64,000 nucleotides of DNA, taken from NCBI GenBank assembly GCA_964016885.1, contig OZ024741.1, forward strand, positions 106,950,001-107,014,000. The letters are read 5' to 3'. The notes under the pieces are model-generated. The model made no database searches. It worked only from the letters and a program-made list of their open reading frames with translations, and was not told the origin of the DNA. Below, in pieces: positions 24,690-39,619 of this stretch. Position 1 is the stretch's first letter. Every line of letters starts with the position of its first letter. The position numbers and the translations under genes are program-made. The stretch is from Eledone cirrhosa (Eukaryota).

Positions 24690-27497
24690 AATACGAGCAC
24701 CGGCAACACTATCAACAGCAACACCAGTGGAAACACCACCACCAACTATGACAACCTATGGAGATGACAGGAAAAGCTCTCCTATTCCCCTCCCTCCAAA
24801 AATATCCACTCTTGCGCAAACACAAACACAAACACAAACACAAACACAAACACACTTCCAGACAGACATCTCGTCCTCCAGTAGCGAAGACGAAGCAAAG
24901 CCCCCAAAAGCAAAAAAACAACAACAAACAAACAAAAAAAAAACAAAAAAAAACAAATAAACAAAAAAACAAGAGGAGGCACAAAAACTCCACACATCAC
25001 CCACACGCCTAAAACAGAAAATACAGACATCACACACAACAAACAAACACTTTCACACAACCACCACCCCCACAATCCCCTAAACGCAAACAACCACAAG
25101 AACAAAACAATACACACAACAAGGATTTGATGGCCCTGATAGCAGGAAGGCAACACATAGAAAAGGAAGGGAAATATTCGGCACCAGCACATTTTGCGTA
25201 CCAGAGGATCTGGTGATGGTGAGTATGTCCCTCGTACGTACAAAGATAGGGAGAGCTTTCCTCGGGACGTGGGAAGCCCAAATGTAAAACCCACATCATG
25301 ATTCTTAAAGGGGTTCCCAAAAGAAACTTCATCAATTATGGAGGTCGAACCACCCGACCTTCTCAAGCCCCCGGGAATTAAGTAGACCTTTCCTCTCTCT
25401 TCTAGCCTGCCAACATTGTCATTTTAAGAGTGGAAAGTTTGAATGTTTGCGGCCTGGGGTCGTGTTGCAAGCAAGGTCACTTGCTGACCGACCTCAGGTC
25501 ACTAGATATGAATGTGACTGCTGTCAAGGAGACCATGATTTCCGACATGAGCGTACTAGCTCCCATTTTCGACAACTATCAGATCTTCGCATCTCTTAGT
25601 CAGCCGAGATTGGGAGGCAGGGTGGGAGTGTTGTTTAGGAAAGGCCTGGATCTTGAGGTATATTGGTGGTTCTGGACGTGAGTAATAGACGGTCGATTTA
25701 TTTAGGTGCTTGGAATCCTTTTTGGGAACGTCCTTTCAGACGCTGGGATAGCGTGGGAGTTGCTGATAGGAGCGAGATGGTGGTGCAAAAGCCTCAAGTG
25801 ACTGATAAGCCAGTTCCAACTGTCTGACAGGTGCCGACTAGATTACCCTAATGCTTCAATGTGGATCTGGACCAACCGCATCTAGATCGTATATAGATAG
25901 GATTTTCGTTTGGTCAGTAAATAAGTAGCATAGGTTGTCCACATTTTCAGATCACAAATTTGTGTTCTGCATGGTCGATCTAGATAAGACACTTTGGTTA
26001 GGACCTGTTTACTGGAAGCTAAACGCCTCATTTCCGGCACGGTACATGGTACATGGCAGGTACATGGCCAACAATTTAGTTAGGCAAACGTTGACAAGGA
26101 GGTCATCAACAACAGCTGGTGGGGGATCTCAAAAGAGAGATTAGAGTAGTCTCGATAGGCTTTAGTAAAAAAGTAGCGTTAGAGAAAAATAGAAATGAGG
26201 TGGAGCTGGTAGCTAAATTAGACGATGCTATTAGTAGTGGCATTTAAACTGACGGGCTACCGGCGAGAATGGCATTAGACGATTTCTTCAATACAAAACA
26301 CGGTGGTTGCATTGTCTGAGCTAAGGCGCGTGCTCTAAGAAACGAGGGAACAACATCTGTTCGATGGGCTCGCATGGCAGAGGCGCAGCGTAGTAAGAAA
26401 ATCACGATTCAGTCTTTGATGATCCGAGAGGAACGTGAGCTGAACAATTCCAGGCAGATGTGTGAGGCCTTTCGCCAGCTGTTCTGAAGGAGAAGGGGGT
26501 ACGGAGACGGTAGAAAATGTCAGTTCCTAACTCGATTACCTACCACGTCTTTCGCCAATCGATGCTGAGCACAGCAAAAGGCTGATAACTTCAGCCGAGA
26601 TTCGGGGTGCCCTTGTCGGCTTCACGAGGCGCAGGTTCGGATGGTCTGCCCTACGAGCTTTACAAAGATATGCCTGACTTGATCTCCGTTCTCTTCAAAG
26701 CAATCTACTGTAACTGGGCATCAAGGAAATCGAACTGACCAATCTGTTCCGGAGGACTTTTGACCCGGGGACTATGGATAACTTCCAGAAATCCCTCGCT
26801 TGGCAGTGCTACAAGAGGGCACTACCGGTTCCAGATAACCTATACAGGCACGGAAGAGCGGTCAGACGGATCTGTCAGAGATACGCGCAGAGCGTCGAAA
26901 CCGTTATGCACGCACTCATCAAGTGATCGCGCATTACTGACTGTCGAACAGCATGTGAGGTGGATCCAGCTATCGATCCAGTCCATCGCGAAGATTGCCC
27001 CGGTGCCTTCTTTCGGCCAAGAAGGACAGGTAGATTTCCTCTGCCTGGTGACTATAGCGAAAGAGATTGTGTGATGGACGAATTTGAAAGGACTGAAGAC
27101 AGATACTTTTCTCTTCGGCCAATCACTCAAAAATTGTTTCAAGTTTCACTCGGATAAGAAGGTGAAGGTGTAGAGAGGAGTGCTTCCTCCCAGGACATTT
27201 GATAAAAGGTGGGCGAATATTGCGTGGATAGCCTGTGTGAATGGACCTAATCTGACCGTGCGCCTGTACACTGGCCAATTTGGAGCGCTCGGAGCGTCGT
27301 ATGGTTCAGGATTGATGGGGTTCCCGAGTCCCCCCTTGGTGGTCTTAACCCTATTGGGGAATTTTCATTGTTATAGTTCTATTGTTTATTGTTATTTGTT
27401 AATTTGTCTTTACTCGATATTGTTGTAAACCCCCACTATCCCTGTCTATTGTATAGTCAAATACATGTCAGCCCTGGTGGTCAATAAAGAAAAAAAG
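24690..27497 (+). mobile_element. Decayed, internally deleted Tx1 copy
   Basis: ORF1 3' remnant; APE remnant (SLNVCGLGSCCKQGHLLTDLRSL, SDHKFV, YWKLNAS); RT core deleted at ~26720; C-terminus; 3' end caataaagaaaaaaa. The 5' boundary is approximate. Confidence 0.85.
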
Positions 27498-28034
27498 TAT
27501 ATATACAGAGTTTCCAGTATTTTGTTGTCAGCTTCGGATTGTTTTTGTTCAACATGCTGTAGGTAGTCCTGCTAAAGTTCTAGCTATACAGCTAACATGT
27601 TGAGATCGTCATTTGTTTCCAATGCAGCGTTCCAGTTGTTCTACCGTAGGGTATCTTTTACAGAGATTGAACCTTTCATGTGGAAGTTACGAGTAACCGA
27701 TTTCGGTTCTCTGGCAAATAATCTTTTCAATATTTGCAATAGATACGGAGGATGCAATAGATGCGGTAGCTTTATTTATATTTTAGTTTTTCATAACTGA
27801 AATTATGAGTTCATATATCATTTGGTGCAGTTTGGAGTCTAGGGCTTTATATCCTGCATAAACATAAACTAATCACATCACTAGATTTTCTCTTAAGTCT
27901 TCCTGGTGTTGTGTGAAATTGTTGTCTGTGTTACATCTCATAAGTACAATGATCAGTGAGATATTTCTTCGCTGGAAAAAATGTATGTATATATATATGC
28001 ATGTATATGAATGTAAATATGTATGTATGTATGT

Positions 28035-29547
28035 TATCTCTTTCTCTTAATTTCGAGTATATTTTTGACCAGCCACTCTCCTGGTGGCAAGGTTGTAAAA
28101 GAAAAGAAATTGTCATCCCTTGAATCGCAAGAATGTTTTGCAAATTTTGAAGGTGCCAGCTATCGCAGCCATTTGTAGACTATGAATTAGAGAGCTGCGC
28201 TCTGTGTCCGCAAATCCAAGTTCAGTTATACATTGGTCCAAGCGGGTTGGTATATAACCCGTAGCTACAATAATGATGGGTATGAAGCTAAAGGTGTATC
28301 TTGGATACTGGATTTGTAAACTCCTCATCAATGGTCGGTAGATGTCCTCCTTCTCCTGTATTTTTCTGACAACGTTTACATCAAGTGGGCAGCTGATCTC
28401 CACAACAGAACACGTTTTCATTGTGTGGTCCCAAACAACAATATCAGGCCGGTTGTGCTTTTATTTAATTTATTTTCAGGTTCCACCAGTATTCCTTAGT
28501 GCCATCTGTCTCAATCTCAAATCTTCCTCGTTTGTTGTTAATTTTGTTTTCCGAAGTGCGTTCCAGATGGTTCTAGCTATCCCATCGTGTCTCATGGGGA
28601 GGTAGTAGCGAGATGACATTCTTTCGCAGCTGGCAACAATGTGGCTTACATCCTCGATCTTTGTTTTACATAGCCTACATTTATTGTCAGCTGCTGGCCC
28701 TCCCCTTTTGTGCAGCAGATATTTGGTAGAGAGTTCTTGTTCCTGTATTGCATAGAGATATCCCTCAAGGTGTGATGTCATAAACTTGTCGGAACTCCAT
28801 GCCAGGCTTTTTGAGTGGTTTATCCCCTCTATGGTCTGTGTTTTACGTCTCAAGTATCCATGCACAACTTTTTCTGTAAATTGGTCAATTTTTTCATCTT
28901 GTTTGAACATTGAATAGGATCTTCCGATTTCTCTGGGTGAGAGATTTATATCAGGCTTTATTCCATCTCTCTCCCCCAGATCAGTGGCTATTCTAATGAT
29001 ATTTTTTTCTTCATGCTCATAAACCTGGGCAAGATGGTTGCCAAACTTTTTCCTCTGTTGAAGATGTTACTTCAGTGTTACTATCCGGGTCTCATATGAT
29101 GTTAATATGGATTTTAGACCCCGGCCACCTTCCTTGCGTGAGAAGTATAGCCTATCCACATCACCATTGATGTTAACGTTCCCAGTAACACTGAGAAATT
29201 TGCGAGTTCTAACATCCATCTCACTTAGTTCTTGCAATGACCAGTTCAGCAGGCCAAATGTTGGCGTTAGAATTGGCACAGCATAAGTATTGTGGGCAAT
29301 GTACTTGTTGTACGCTGACAGTTCTGATGACCATATTTTCTTTACTCTTCTAAGGTATTCAGTTCTGGTTCTCTCCTTATTTATGGGTCCATCATATCTG
29401 ACATTCTCATCCTGTCCAAGATATCTGTAGTTGTCACCTGACTGTAGAGGTTGTATTGTCAGGCCGTTCATCTCTATATTTCTAGAGGAGGGCACAGCTC
29501 TTTCAAGTTTTACTGCCAAATATGCACATTTGGACTCACCAAATTTC

Positions 29548-29549
<2 letters not shown>
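28035..29549 (-). mobile_element. 5'-truncated decayed R4/Dong-clade element (second lineage)
   Basis: Fragments MKFGESKCA, YRYLG, RLYFSRKEGGRGL, CRLCKTKIEDVSHIVASC, RHD, VEISCP. Flanked by (TACA)n on both sides. Confidence 0.85.
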
Positions 29550-29590
<41 letters not shown>

Positions 29591-29591
<1 letters not shown>

Positions 29592-30170
29592 CATGTATCC
29601 CAGTACAACCTGTCTCATGGTCGGGTCGTTGGCGACTAAACTGGCAACCCCACCAAGGTTTCTTGGTGAGGAGGGTGACTTTGGACATCCTGCAGGACTA
29701 AAAACAAAACCTGTCAAAGGGCAAAGGAGCTCTTAAGAGTCAATGGCCATCCAAAATCACCGGGAGAGATGACCCCTTAGCCTTTGTCAAGGCAGAATTC
29801 TAGGAGAAGGAAAACTCTGATATAACACCTGCAACCTTGATGGTATCCAATGATGTTGACTTGTTCTTCTTTTTGGTAAATATCATCTTGGTTAAGAGAG
29901 TGGGACTGGCTTTGTGCAGTGCCTTTGCTCACTATAAAAGCTTCACGGCACAGGCATTGCTTTATATCTGGAGATCTCTCTGCACTTGTCCTCACATGGT
30001 ACCATGGGCCCAGCACTATGTGTCAATAATTGTCACAAGTGTAGTGTTTGTACCAGAGTTTTCAAGTCGCTGGCTGGACTAAAAAGTCACACTCATGCAG
30101 CGCTTCGGTAGGGGTTCTCCTACATGGATATAAAGTAGTGGCCGTACTCGAAAACGAGTTGGCAGCCACC
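29591..30170 (+). mobile_element. Non-autonomous RTE-derived element with (TGTA)n tail
   Basis: Contains ctaggagaaggaaaactctga, a motif I recall from RTE/Expander 5' UTRs. It has no ORF. Homologous parts occur at 17010-17175 (-) and 56810-56973 (+). Confidence 0.6.
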
Positions 30171-30428
30171 ATGTATGTATGTATGTATGTATGTATGTAT
30201 GTATGTATGTATGTATGTATGTATGTATGTATGTATGTATGTGTGTACGTACGAATGTATGTATTATGTATATATATACATATATACTGCCAATACTGGA
30301 ATTGTATAATCAAGACCGTAGCGGTATGTCATATATCAAATCATATATTTTGATTATGTGAATATCCTTCATTTGTTAATATTTTAAATAATATATACAT
30401 ATATATATAAATAAATAAATATATATAT

Positions 30429-30468
<40 letters not shown>

Positions 30469-30749
30469 TACACCTATATAAATGTATTTATATATATATA
30501 TACATATAACAATGAGAAAACTCATCGCTAGAACACCCGTTAAAACAGCTAAATGCTGTGAAAGAAAGCGATGGGCAAAAATGCCTCAAAGGACAGGGAC
30601 CAGCGGCCAGTCGTCAACAGAGAGACAATCCACAAGGTGGGTAACAGGCAGATGAAATATAGAAAAGATTGAAAGAGGAGGAGGACAAGGGGAAGTGTTT
30701 TTGGTACATAGAAGTGACTAAGAAGGAAATATATATTTACATATATATA

Positions 30750-30938
30750 ATTGTTTCTACTTTTGGCAGAAGGTAAGCAATTACCCCAGTGCATTACTGG
30801 TACTTTATATTATCGACACTGCAAGGATGAAAACCAAAGTTAGCCTAGTTGGGATTTAAACTCGGAACGTAAAGGGCCATAACTCTATGCTGCAAAGCAT
30901 GGTGTCTGACGCTGACAGATACTGCCAATCCACCGCCC
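30750..30938 (-). mobile_element. SINE family A (diverged)
   Basis: Reverse complement of the consensus. Confidence 0.8.
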
Positions 30939-31079
30939 TATATAATGACTGACTGACACGTGCATTTTCTCCCATCACAGTTTTTTCCGTTCGTTCCACT
31001 TCCCACTTCATCTTTCTATTTCTTTTATTTTTCATTCTATCTCCATATGAGTGACTTGTGTCCGAAATATGTACATATA

Positions 31080-32318
31080 TACAAGGGTGGGCTGAATATG
31101 AAGGATGATGTTAAAGCTGTGAAATCTTGCATTCCTCCATTTCAACTTTTTTTATTAATAAGTGCATTGTTTCTTTCCAGGTAAACTGACTTCAAATGTA
31201 GCTATTAGCGACTTACCTGAAAATCGGCCAAACTTTGGCCTCGTTGTGTTATCAATTACCTACAGAAAAAAAGTTTAGCCCCCAAGGGCATTCCTGGTAA
31301 CATGGTTGCTACATTAGGGAATGATGTCCCAGCTTTATCAACCGTGCAAAAGTGGGCAGATGAATTTAGTAGAGGAAGCGAGAGTTTTGAAGATGACCGG
31401 AAGTATGGATGTCCTACAACTTCCATAACCGAGGAAAACATTGATCGTATTCCCCACATGGAGATGAATGACAGTCAATTGACTATAAATCAAATAGCCA
31501 TTGTTATAAGCATATCCTGTGAGACAGTTAAGAATATTCTGCATAATGAACCTGGCATGATGAAGATTTCTGTTCAGTGGGTGCCACATCTTCTGACACC
31601 TGATCAAAAGTGCACCAGGCTGATCACATCACGGGAAAATCTGACATTGTTTGAGGCAGAAGCAGCTGGTTTCTTTGAACGTTTCCTAACTCACAATGAG
31701 TGTTGGGTTCATTATTTTGAGCCAGTGACAAAGAGATAATCCATGCAATGGAAATACCCCTCCTCACCTGCTCCAAAGAAAGCCAAGGTCGATTTAACTG
31801 CAGGGAAGGTGATTGCCTCAGTTTTAGGGGATACAAAGGTTTACTGACTATCTTCAAAAGGGTCACACCATCAATGGAAATAAATATGTCAAGTTGCTGA
31901 GGCAGTTACGAAAGTCTATCAAGGCCAAATGCCCAAGAAAACTGACACAAAAGGTTTCGTTTCACCAGGACAATGTTCCAGCATACAAGTCCTTCGTTTT
32001 AATGGCTGGTATGCACGACTGGCTTTGAACTGATTGATCACTCTTCTCATACTCTCATTTGGCCTCTTCTGAATATCATCTGCTCTCCAACATGAAAAAC
32101 CACTTCGCTGGGAACCAATATGGCTGTGATGATGACGTCACATATATTGTTGATGACTTTTTGACCAATAGGATGAAAGCTTTTTCACCAAGCATTGCAA
32201 CACCGATGGAAGAAGTGTGTGGACCGCAACGGGAACTATGTTGAAAAATTAACTTTATTTGGTCACATTCCATGAGAGTATCTTGGTCAGCCTATGAAAC
32301 TTTCAGCCGACCCTCGTA
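31080..32318 (+). mobile_element. Mariner-family DNA transposon, defective
   Basis: Imperfect TIRs tacaagggtgggctgaa / ttcagccgaccctcgta with TA termini. Transposase remnants WVPHLLT, THNECWVHYFEP, FHQDN and LASSEYHL contain stops and frameshifts. Confidence 0.9.
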
Positions 32319-32368
32319 CACATACACATAAACACAGACACATAGAGAAATATGCGCTCTCACACACT

Positions 32369-32407
<39 letters not shown>

Positions 32408-33009
32408 TGTGTGTATGTGTGTGTGTGTGTGCGTGCAAGTATGTGTTTGTGTCTGTGTGTCTTCGTGTTAATATTTATGTGTACGTGTGACACGTGAGTC
32501 ATATAGGTACATCAGTGTTTCTCTATACGCTACACGTGTAACTTACATGCATGTTATGTTCAACAGAAATATTGAGTCTGTAAACAAAAGAAAACGAAAG
32601 TAAAATGGACCGGAAGAATGAATGAAAAAGAAAGAAACAATGAAAGACAGAAGGAAAAATGTCGGTGGTGTTGATGGTGGTGATGGTGCTAGTCTACTGG
32701 TGGTGGGGTTGGTGGTCTTTTGGTGGCGAAGAAGAGTTTGCAGCGCTGTACACTTGTCTAATTCCATCGGGTGGGATTCATAAGCAATCGAGGCGGAAAA
32801 GATATGAGAATTACAAAATTTTTATTCTGATTTTATTTGATTAACATTTATATTGAATTTCAGTAATAAAATGCAATCAATACCGCCATTAATTTGTTAC
32901 GCTAGATAATTTCAATTTTGGAAACCAATTGACCAAAAAGATAGATTCACATGACAATCTCAAGATCATTTGATAACATTAATATTCCGAAAAAAGGCAC
33001 AGCATTTTC

Positions 33010-33221
33010 TCTCTGTCTTTCTAATGTCCTCTCTGTCCCTCTTTCGTTCTCTATGTTTCTCATTCGTTCTCTTTGTCTCTCTTTCTTTCTCTCTCTCTCT
33101 CTCTCTCTCTCTAACTCTCATTCTCTCTCTCTCTAACTCTCTTTCTCTCTCGCTCTCTGTCACTCCATCTCTGTCCCTCTTTCGTTCTCTATGTTTCTCA
33201 TTCGTTCTCTTTGTCTCTCTT

Positions 33222-33269
<48 letters not shown>

Positions 33270-33390
33270 ACTCTCATTCTCTCTCTCTCTAACTCTCTTT
33301 CTCTCTCGCTCTCTGTCACTCCATCTCTGTCCCTCTTTCGTTCTCTATGTCTCTCTTTCGTTCTCTTTGTCTGTCTCTTTCTCTCTCTCT

Positions 33391-33447
<57 letters not shown>

Positions 33448-33562
33448 ACTCTCTGTCACTCTATCTCTGTCCCTCTTTCGTTCTCTATATTTCTGTTTCG
33501 TTCTCCCCTCTCTCTCTTGTTCTCTGTCACTCCATCTCTGTCCCTGTTTCATATTCTCTCTC
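33010..33562. repeat. (CT)n-derived ~140-150-bp tandem duplication
   Basis: Repeated unit tctctgtccctctttcgttctctatg...ctaactctc. Confidence 0.85.
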
Positions 33563-34075
33563 TCGCCAGCTCCATAAAACAGGAGACCAAATATTTAACA
33601 GAAGTACTAACAGTATTCCATTGCACTGTTGTTGTTGATGTTGTTGTTGGTGTTGTTGGTGTTGCTGTTGTTGTTGGTGTTCTTGGTGTTGATGTTATTG
33701 TTGGTGTTCTTGGTGTTGATGTTATTGTTGGTGTTATTGGTGTTGATGTTGGTGGTGATGTTGTTCATGTTATTGTTGTTAATGTTGTTGGTATTGTTGT
33801 TGTTCTTGTAGTGTAACGATGGTAGTATTGTTGTTGTTGGTGGTGGTGGTGCTGTTCTTATTCTATATCTTGTAATGTAACGATGGTAGTGTTGTTGTTG
33901 TTGCTGTTGTTGTTGTTGGTGGTGGTGGTGGTGGTCTTACTCTATATCTTGTAGTGTAGCGATGGTAGTGTCGTTGTTGTTGTTGTTGGTGGTGTTGTTG
34001 CTGGTGGTGGTGTTCTTATTCTATATCTTGTAGTGTAGCGATGGTAGTGTTGTTGTTGTTGTTGTTGTTGTTGTT

Positions 34076-34275
34076 NNNNNNNNNNNNNNNNNNNNNNNNN
34101 NNNNNNNNNNNNNNNNNNNNNNNNNNNNNNNNNNNNNNNNNNNNNNNNNNNNNNNNNNNNNNNNNNNNNNNNNNNNNNNNNNNNNNNNNNNNNNNNNNNN
34201 NNNNNNNNNNNNNNNNNNNNNNNNNNNNNNNNNNNNNNNNNNNNNNNNNNNNNNNNNNNNNNNNNNNNNNNNNNN
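34076..34275. other. Assembly gap (200 N)
   Basis: Run of N. Confidence 1.
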
Positions 34276-34289
34276 AATGATAGCGGCAC

Positions 34290-35200
34290 CGCTTTCAGAT
34301 TTTAAACCTGGTGGTAGTAAGCCTTCTCTAGGTCTGACTACAGCCTGAAGATCAAAAGTGGTGAAATTCGGAGTAATGGTTCGTGCGGATTTCAGTTTAA
34401 TGACATTCGATGAAACTCTATACCCCGTTGAAAACTATTTGACGTGGGATAACGTACACAACTATGGTATACATTATGCCAGCGTGCAGGCAGTTGTTTT
34501 AGTGCTACTCTAGACGTTTCGATGGGCGTTAGAAATTCTTGGTGGAACCCGTCTCCTCTCCAAGATTCAACCCTCTCTCTAAGTTTAGACTGCAACCATA
34601 AGAGATTCTCGGGTGTGTCAGAAAAATGTCCCGGGTCAGAATTGAGAGTCAAATGAAAATCAATATACCCGCACATCCTTAAAGATGCTGCTGCGAAACA
34701 TCAAGGTATTCTCTTGATCTGAACATTCCGGTTTTAAGATAATGTTTTTTTTTTAATCATAGATAAGGGTACGTCCCGATTGTAATAAGATTTCTTCAAA
34801 TCATTTCACTCTATTTTCAAAGGAACATTAGATAACGCTATGTCTAGTATTGAAATAATGTTTCTTTACAGAAGGGCTTTAGATAAACTAAAACTTAAAA
34901 TTTAGGTTGTAGAAAAATCAGATACCTCCATCAAACCCAAAATCAATTGAACGTATCCTTTTAGTAGCCCCACCCCTATCATGTCCACAACAATCGCGTA
35001 GTCTGTAAGGTAATTCCAAAGATAAATTTTCAAAATAGAAATGTTGTTTACTGCATGAGATGCACAGAAGGATAGTGTAGGAAGACGGCCATAATGAACG
35101 TAGATATCGATAGTGTAGAAGAAACGATGTAGGAGCACTTGCAGGAATTCGAGCAAGCTAAACTTGAAAATGGTCATTGGAAAACATCGTGGAGAAATTC
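34290..35200 (-). pseudogene. Highly decayed CR1/L2-like LINE ORF2 3' remnant
   Basis: A frameshift-corrected ESLERRRV motif near 34550-34575 and a KGYVQLIL motif resembling KSLVRPIL. Weak evidence. Confidence 0.35.
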
Positions 35201-35497
35201 ATATACATACACGGGGAATGCCGAGGGAATGCTTAGTCAGATTAAGGAAGCCTCTCATATAGGAGAAACTAAATAGAATGTAGAAATAAAATAGCAAAAC
35301 TCACGCAGCCATGTGACTGATGACAAAAAATATTATGACATATAAGAATAAATACACCGGATTCTACAATCCGTTATGTATGTATGTATGTATGTATGTA
35401 TGTATGTATGTATGTATGTATGTATGTGTGTATGCATGAATATATGTATGTATGTAGGTATGTATGTATCTATGTGAGTATGTATGTACGTATGTAC

Positions 35498-35554
<57 letters not shown>

Positions 35555-36198
35555 AGAATATATTTATGTGTGTATTCATGTATGTATATATACATACATG
35601 CACACACAGACACACTCACACACACACACACACAGACATATATATATATTTATATATATATATAAGAATGAATGAATGAATTTATATATAAACCGATATA
35701 TACGACCAAATCAACATCCCTTTTTCCCTGAGTTATTTCATTGTTATCAGTAATGAAAGTTGCCTTAAAACGAATTGAAGAAGCTAATCCTCAACAATCA
35801 GTTATCAACATTGTTATTATTATTATTTGTATTATGCTGCACATTGGCTTCTAATGCTTCTCATCTTTTATTGCCTTGGCTTTTAAAATTTGTCTTTATT
35901 TTAATTGTTGTTCTTTTATTGGCATTATCTGAAATTGTTTTTATTTATACTGTATTTTCACTTTCCCGTTCATATGATTATACGTATTTGAAAACTCATA
36001 AATATAAATATAAATATAAATATAGATATAAATATAAATATAATGTACTTACAACACACACACGCACACACACATATATATATGTGTGTGTGTGTATATT
36101 TATATATGTATATATGTATGTGTGTATATATATGGGTATATATATATATACATACACACGCACGCACACACACACGCACGCACGCACGCACACACACC

Positions 36199-36261
<63 letters not shown>

Positions 36262-36356
36262 GTAGTTGACAAATTTTTATAGATGTTATTTATTTCAGAG
36301 ATTTCTTAATCTACCATTTTTGATTCGGACAAATTCATATTCATTCAATTATTATC

Positions 36357-36770
36357 GGTGGCTTGGCAGTATCGGTAGAGGGTCGGACGCCATGCTTTGC
36401 ACCAAAGAGTTACGACCTTTTATGGTCTGAGTTCAAATCTCGCCAGGGTTAACTTTGCCTTTCATCCTTACGGGCTCGATAAAATAAAGTACCAGTAATG
36501 CAATGGATAATTGCTGACCTTGTGCCAAAAGTAGAAATAATTATTATTATCATTATTATTATTATTATGGGGCGGTGGATTGGCAGTATCGGTAGAGGGT
36601 CGGACGCCATGCTTTCCAGCATACTTAGGTCCCTTTACGATCTGAGTTCAGATCCCGCCGAGGTTGACTTTGCCTTTCATCCTTACGGGGTCGATAAAAT
36701 AAAGTACCAGTAATGCACTGGGTAATTGCTGGCCTTGTGCCTAAAGTAGAAACAATTATTATTATTATTG
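36357..36770 (+). mobile_element. Tandem dimer of SINE family A
   Basis: Two copies separated by (ATT)n. Confidence 0.9.
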
Positions 36771-36870
36771 TAGTTATTAATATTTACTTTTTATTTGTAC
36801 CTGATGTCGATGCCGCAGAAAAATATGAAACATACTTACTTACAAAGACTCACACGCCAACACACACACG

Positions 36871-36967
<97 letters not shown>

Positions 36968-37149
36968 ACACCCACACACCCACACACACCCACACACACA
37001 CACACATACACACAAACACAGACATACAGGACAGACAGACACGCACCTTACACACACACATATATACATATATGTATATATATATACATGTATACAGCAT
37101 CTATATGTGGGTGTGTGGCCTTACTGCGCGTATATCTGTGCGTTTCAGT

Positions 37150-37218
<69 letters not shown>

Positions 37219-37454
37219 CGGGTATGTGCGTTTGTGTGTAGGCGTACGTATGTGTGTATACGTATCTTACTCGTTTATAAATTCCTCTTTGCTGATTGGC
37301 CATATGGAAATATGTCTATTTTATGTTTTATTCAGTTATATTCTTTGGATACGAGTTATCTATAATTTTGTTTTGAATACGATGCAAATACAACAACAAC
37401 AACAACAACAACGTAATGAAAGAGAAAATGTAGGAGGAAATTAAACGATACCCT

Positions 37455-37977
<523 letters not shown>

Positions 37978-38130
37978 AATCCTGGGTTCAATCAGGGCTA
38001 ATCACAGTAAGTGAAGTACTCAATACATGAGTAGAGTATATACAAAATTTATTATAGAAATGGCTTCTACAAGACTAGAACTGTTTCATCCGAAACAAGT
38101 CACCAGGTCAGTTCTAGTCCTGTAGAAGCC

Positions 38131-38225
<95 letters not shown>

Positions 38226-38431
38226 TAATTTCAGCGAGATCGTATTTTGGCTGTGGTAAAAAACAAGGCGAAACGCAATTTTCGAGATATGCAGCAAGCG
38301 CTCAATGGACTAAAAGAAGACCAGAGCAATTAATATAGGTTATAGAGGCCAGAAAAACTGAAAACGGCGGTCATGAAGCTATCAGCCACCGGAGCCAAAA
38401 AAAACGATGCAAGCTAACCAGGTTAACAAAA

Positions 38432-38477
<46 letters not shown>

Positions 38478-38499
38478 CAGGTGTGTATGTGTGTGCGTC

Positions 38500-39430
38500 G
38501 AAAGACCCGAGAATTGCAAGTGCAAGAGAAAAGGTTGAGAGTTCTACCGGGAACTATATTCAGAAACCAATAGAACGGAACAGAGTCAAAATGCAACAAA
38601 ACAAAAGTAAACTTCAAGATCTGTACGGCACCATCATGGAAGAAGAATTGAAAAAGATGTGGAAGCAGATGATACAAATTCATGAGGATATCATATGAAC
38701 CATTTACACTAGAAGACTATGAAGCTGTCAAAATGGAAATAAAAGAAGGCAAAGTATGTGGACCTGGTGGTATACAACTAGAACTATTTAAACACTGTGA
38801 TTTAGATAACATAATGCTACTCTTTGAAAACAAGCTACTTGATGGGGAAAAGCCTGAACAATGTCCTAACAGTGACTTAAAAATCTTTGTTCAGTCTGAA
38901 CATCTAGGTGGCACGCATAATTCTAGAGTTATATCTCTTTTGGCCATAGCAGCTAACCTGGTAGATGAGATGCTTTTGAATAGAATAAGACCCAAGATAG
39001 ATACGCATTTAAAACTTAAACGGATTTCGACTCAGACGCCCAATTACAGCTCATATTTTTGAGTGAAATCACATCATCTGAACGCTGTACTAGTATTCAT
39101 AGCTTTACACAATATCCATTGTAGAAGAATGCTCCAGATTCTAAAAGCACAGGACATTTCAGAAAAGCTTGTGAAAGCAATTGGCCTAATGCACGAAAAC
39201 ACAAAAGCCAGTTATAACTCTGGATGGCGAGACTGTGTAGGTTAGGATATTATCAGGTGTGTTATAAGGTGATACACTTGCAGTCTCTCTTTTTGCGATT
39301 GTGCTTGATAATGCAATGTGAAAAGCAATTAGTCGAAGGGAAGAACTCGGATTTAAGCTTGACAGCAGGAGAGGCCGCAGACACAACCTAGAGGTTATAA
39401 CTGACAGACTTTGTGGATGATATAGTAACA
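38500..39430 (+). pseudogene. Decayed RTE-like LINE reverse transcriptase fragment
   Basis: KEGKVCGPGGIQLELFK, SRVISLL, NRIRPKID, GVL*GDTLA and a degenerate DFVDD motif. Confidence 0.75.
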
Positions 39431-39619
39431 TATTTGACTCCAGCCTAGTTTAAGTGAAGTGAAATATATATATATGGTAAAGTTTGTGTTAGTTAATCAC
39501 CGACACTATTATATGCAGGAATGAACACTCAACGAAGTACGCAAGCGGGTCTGTTTACTCCGGAATATAATTATAAGTACAAGTCAACTTGTTAGAACTT
39601 ACTTAATTTATACATAATC

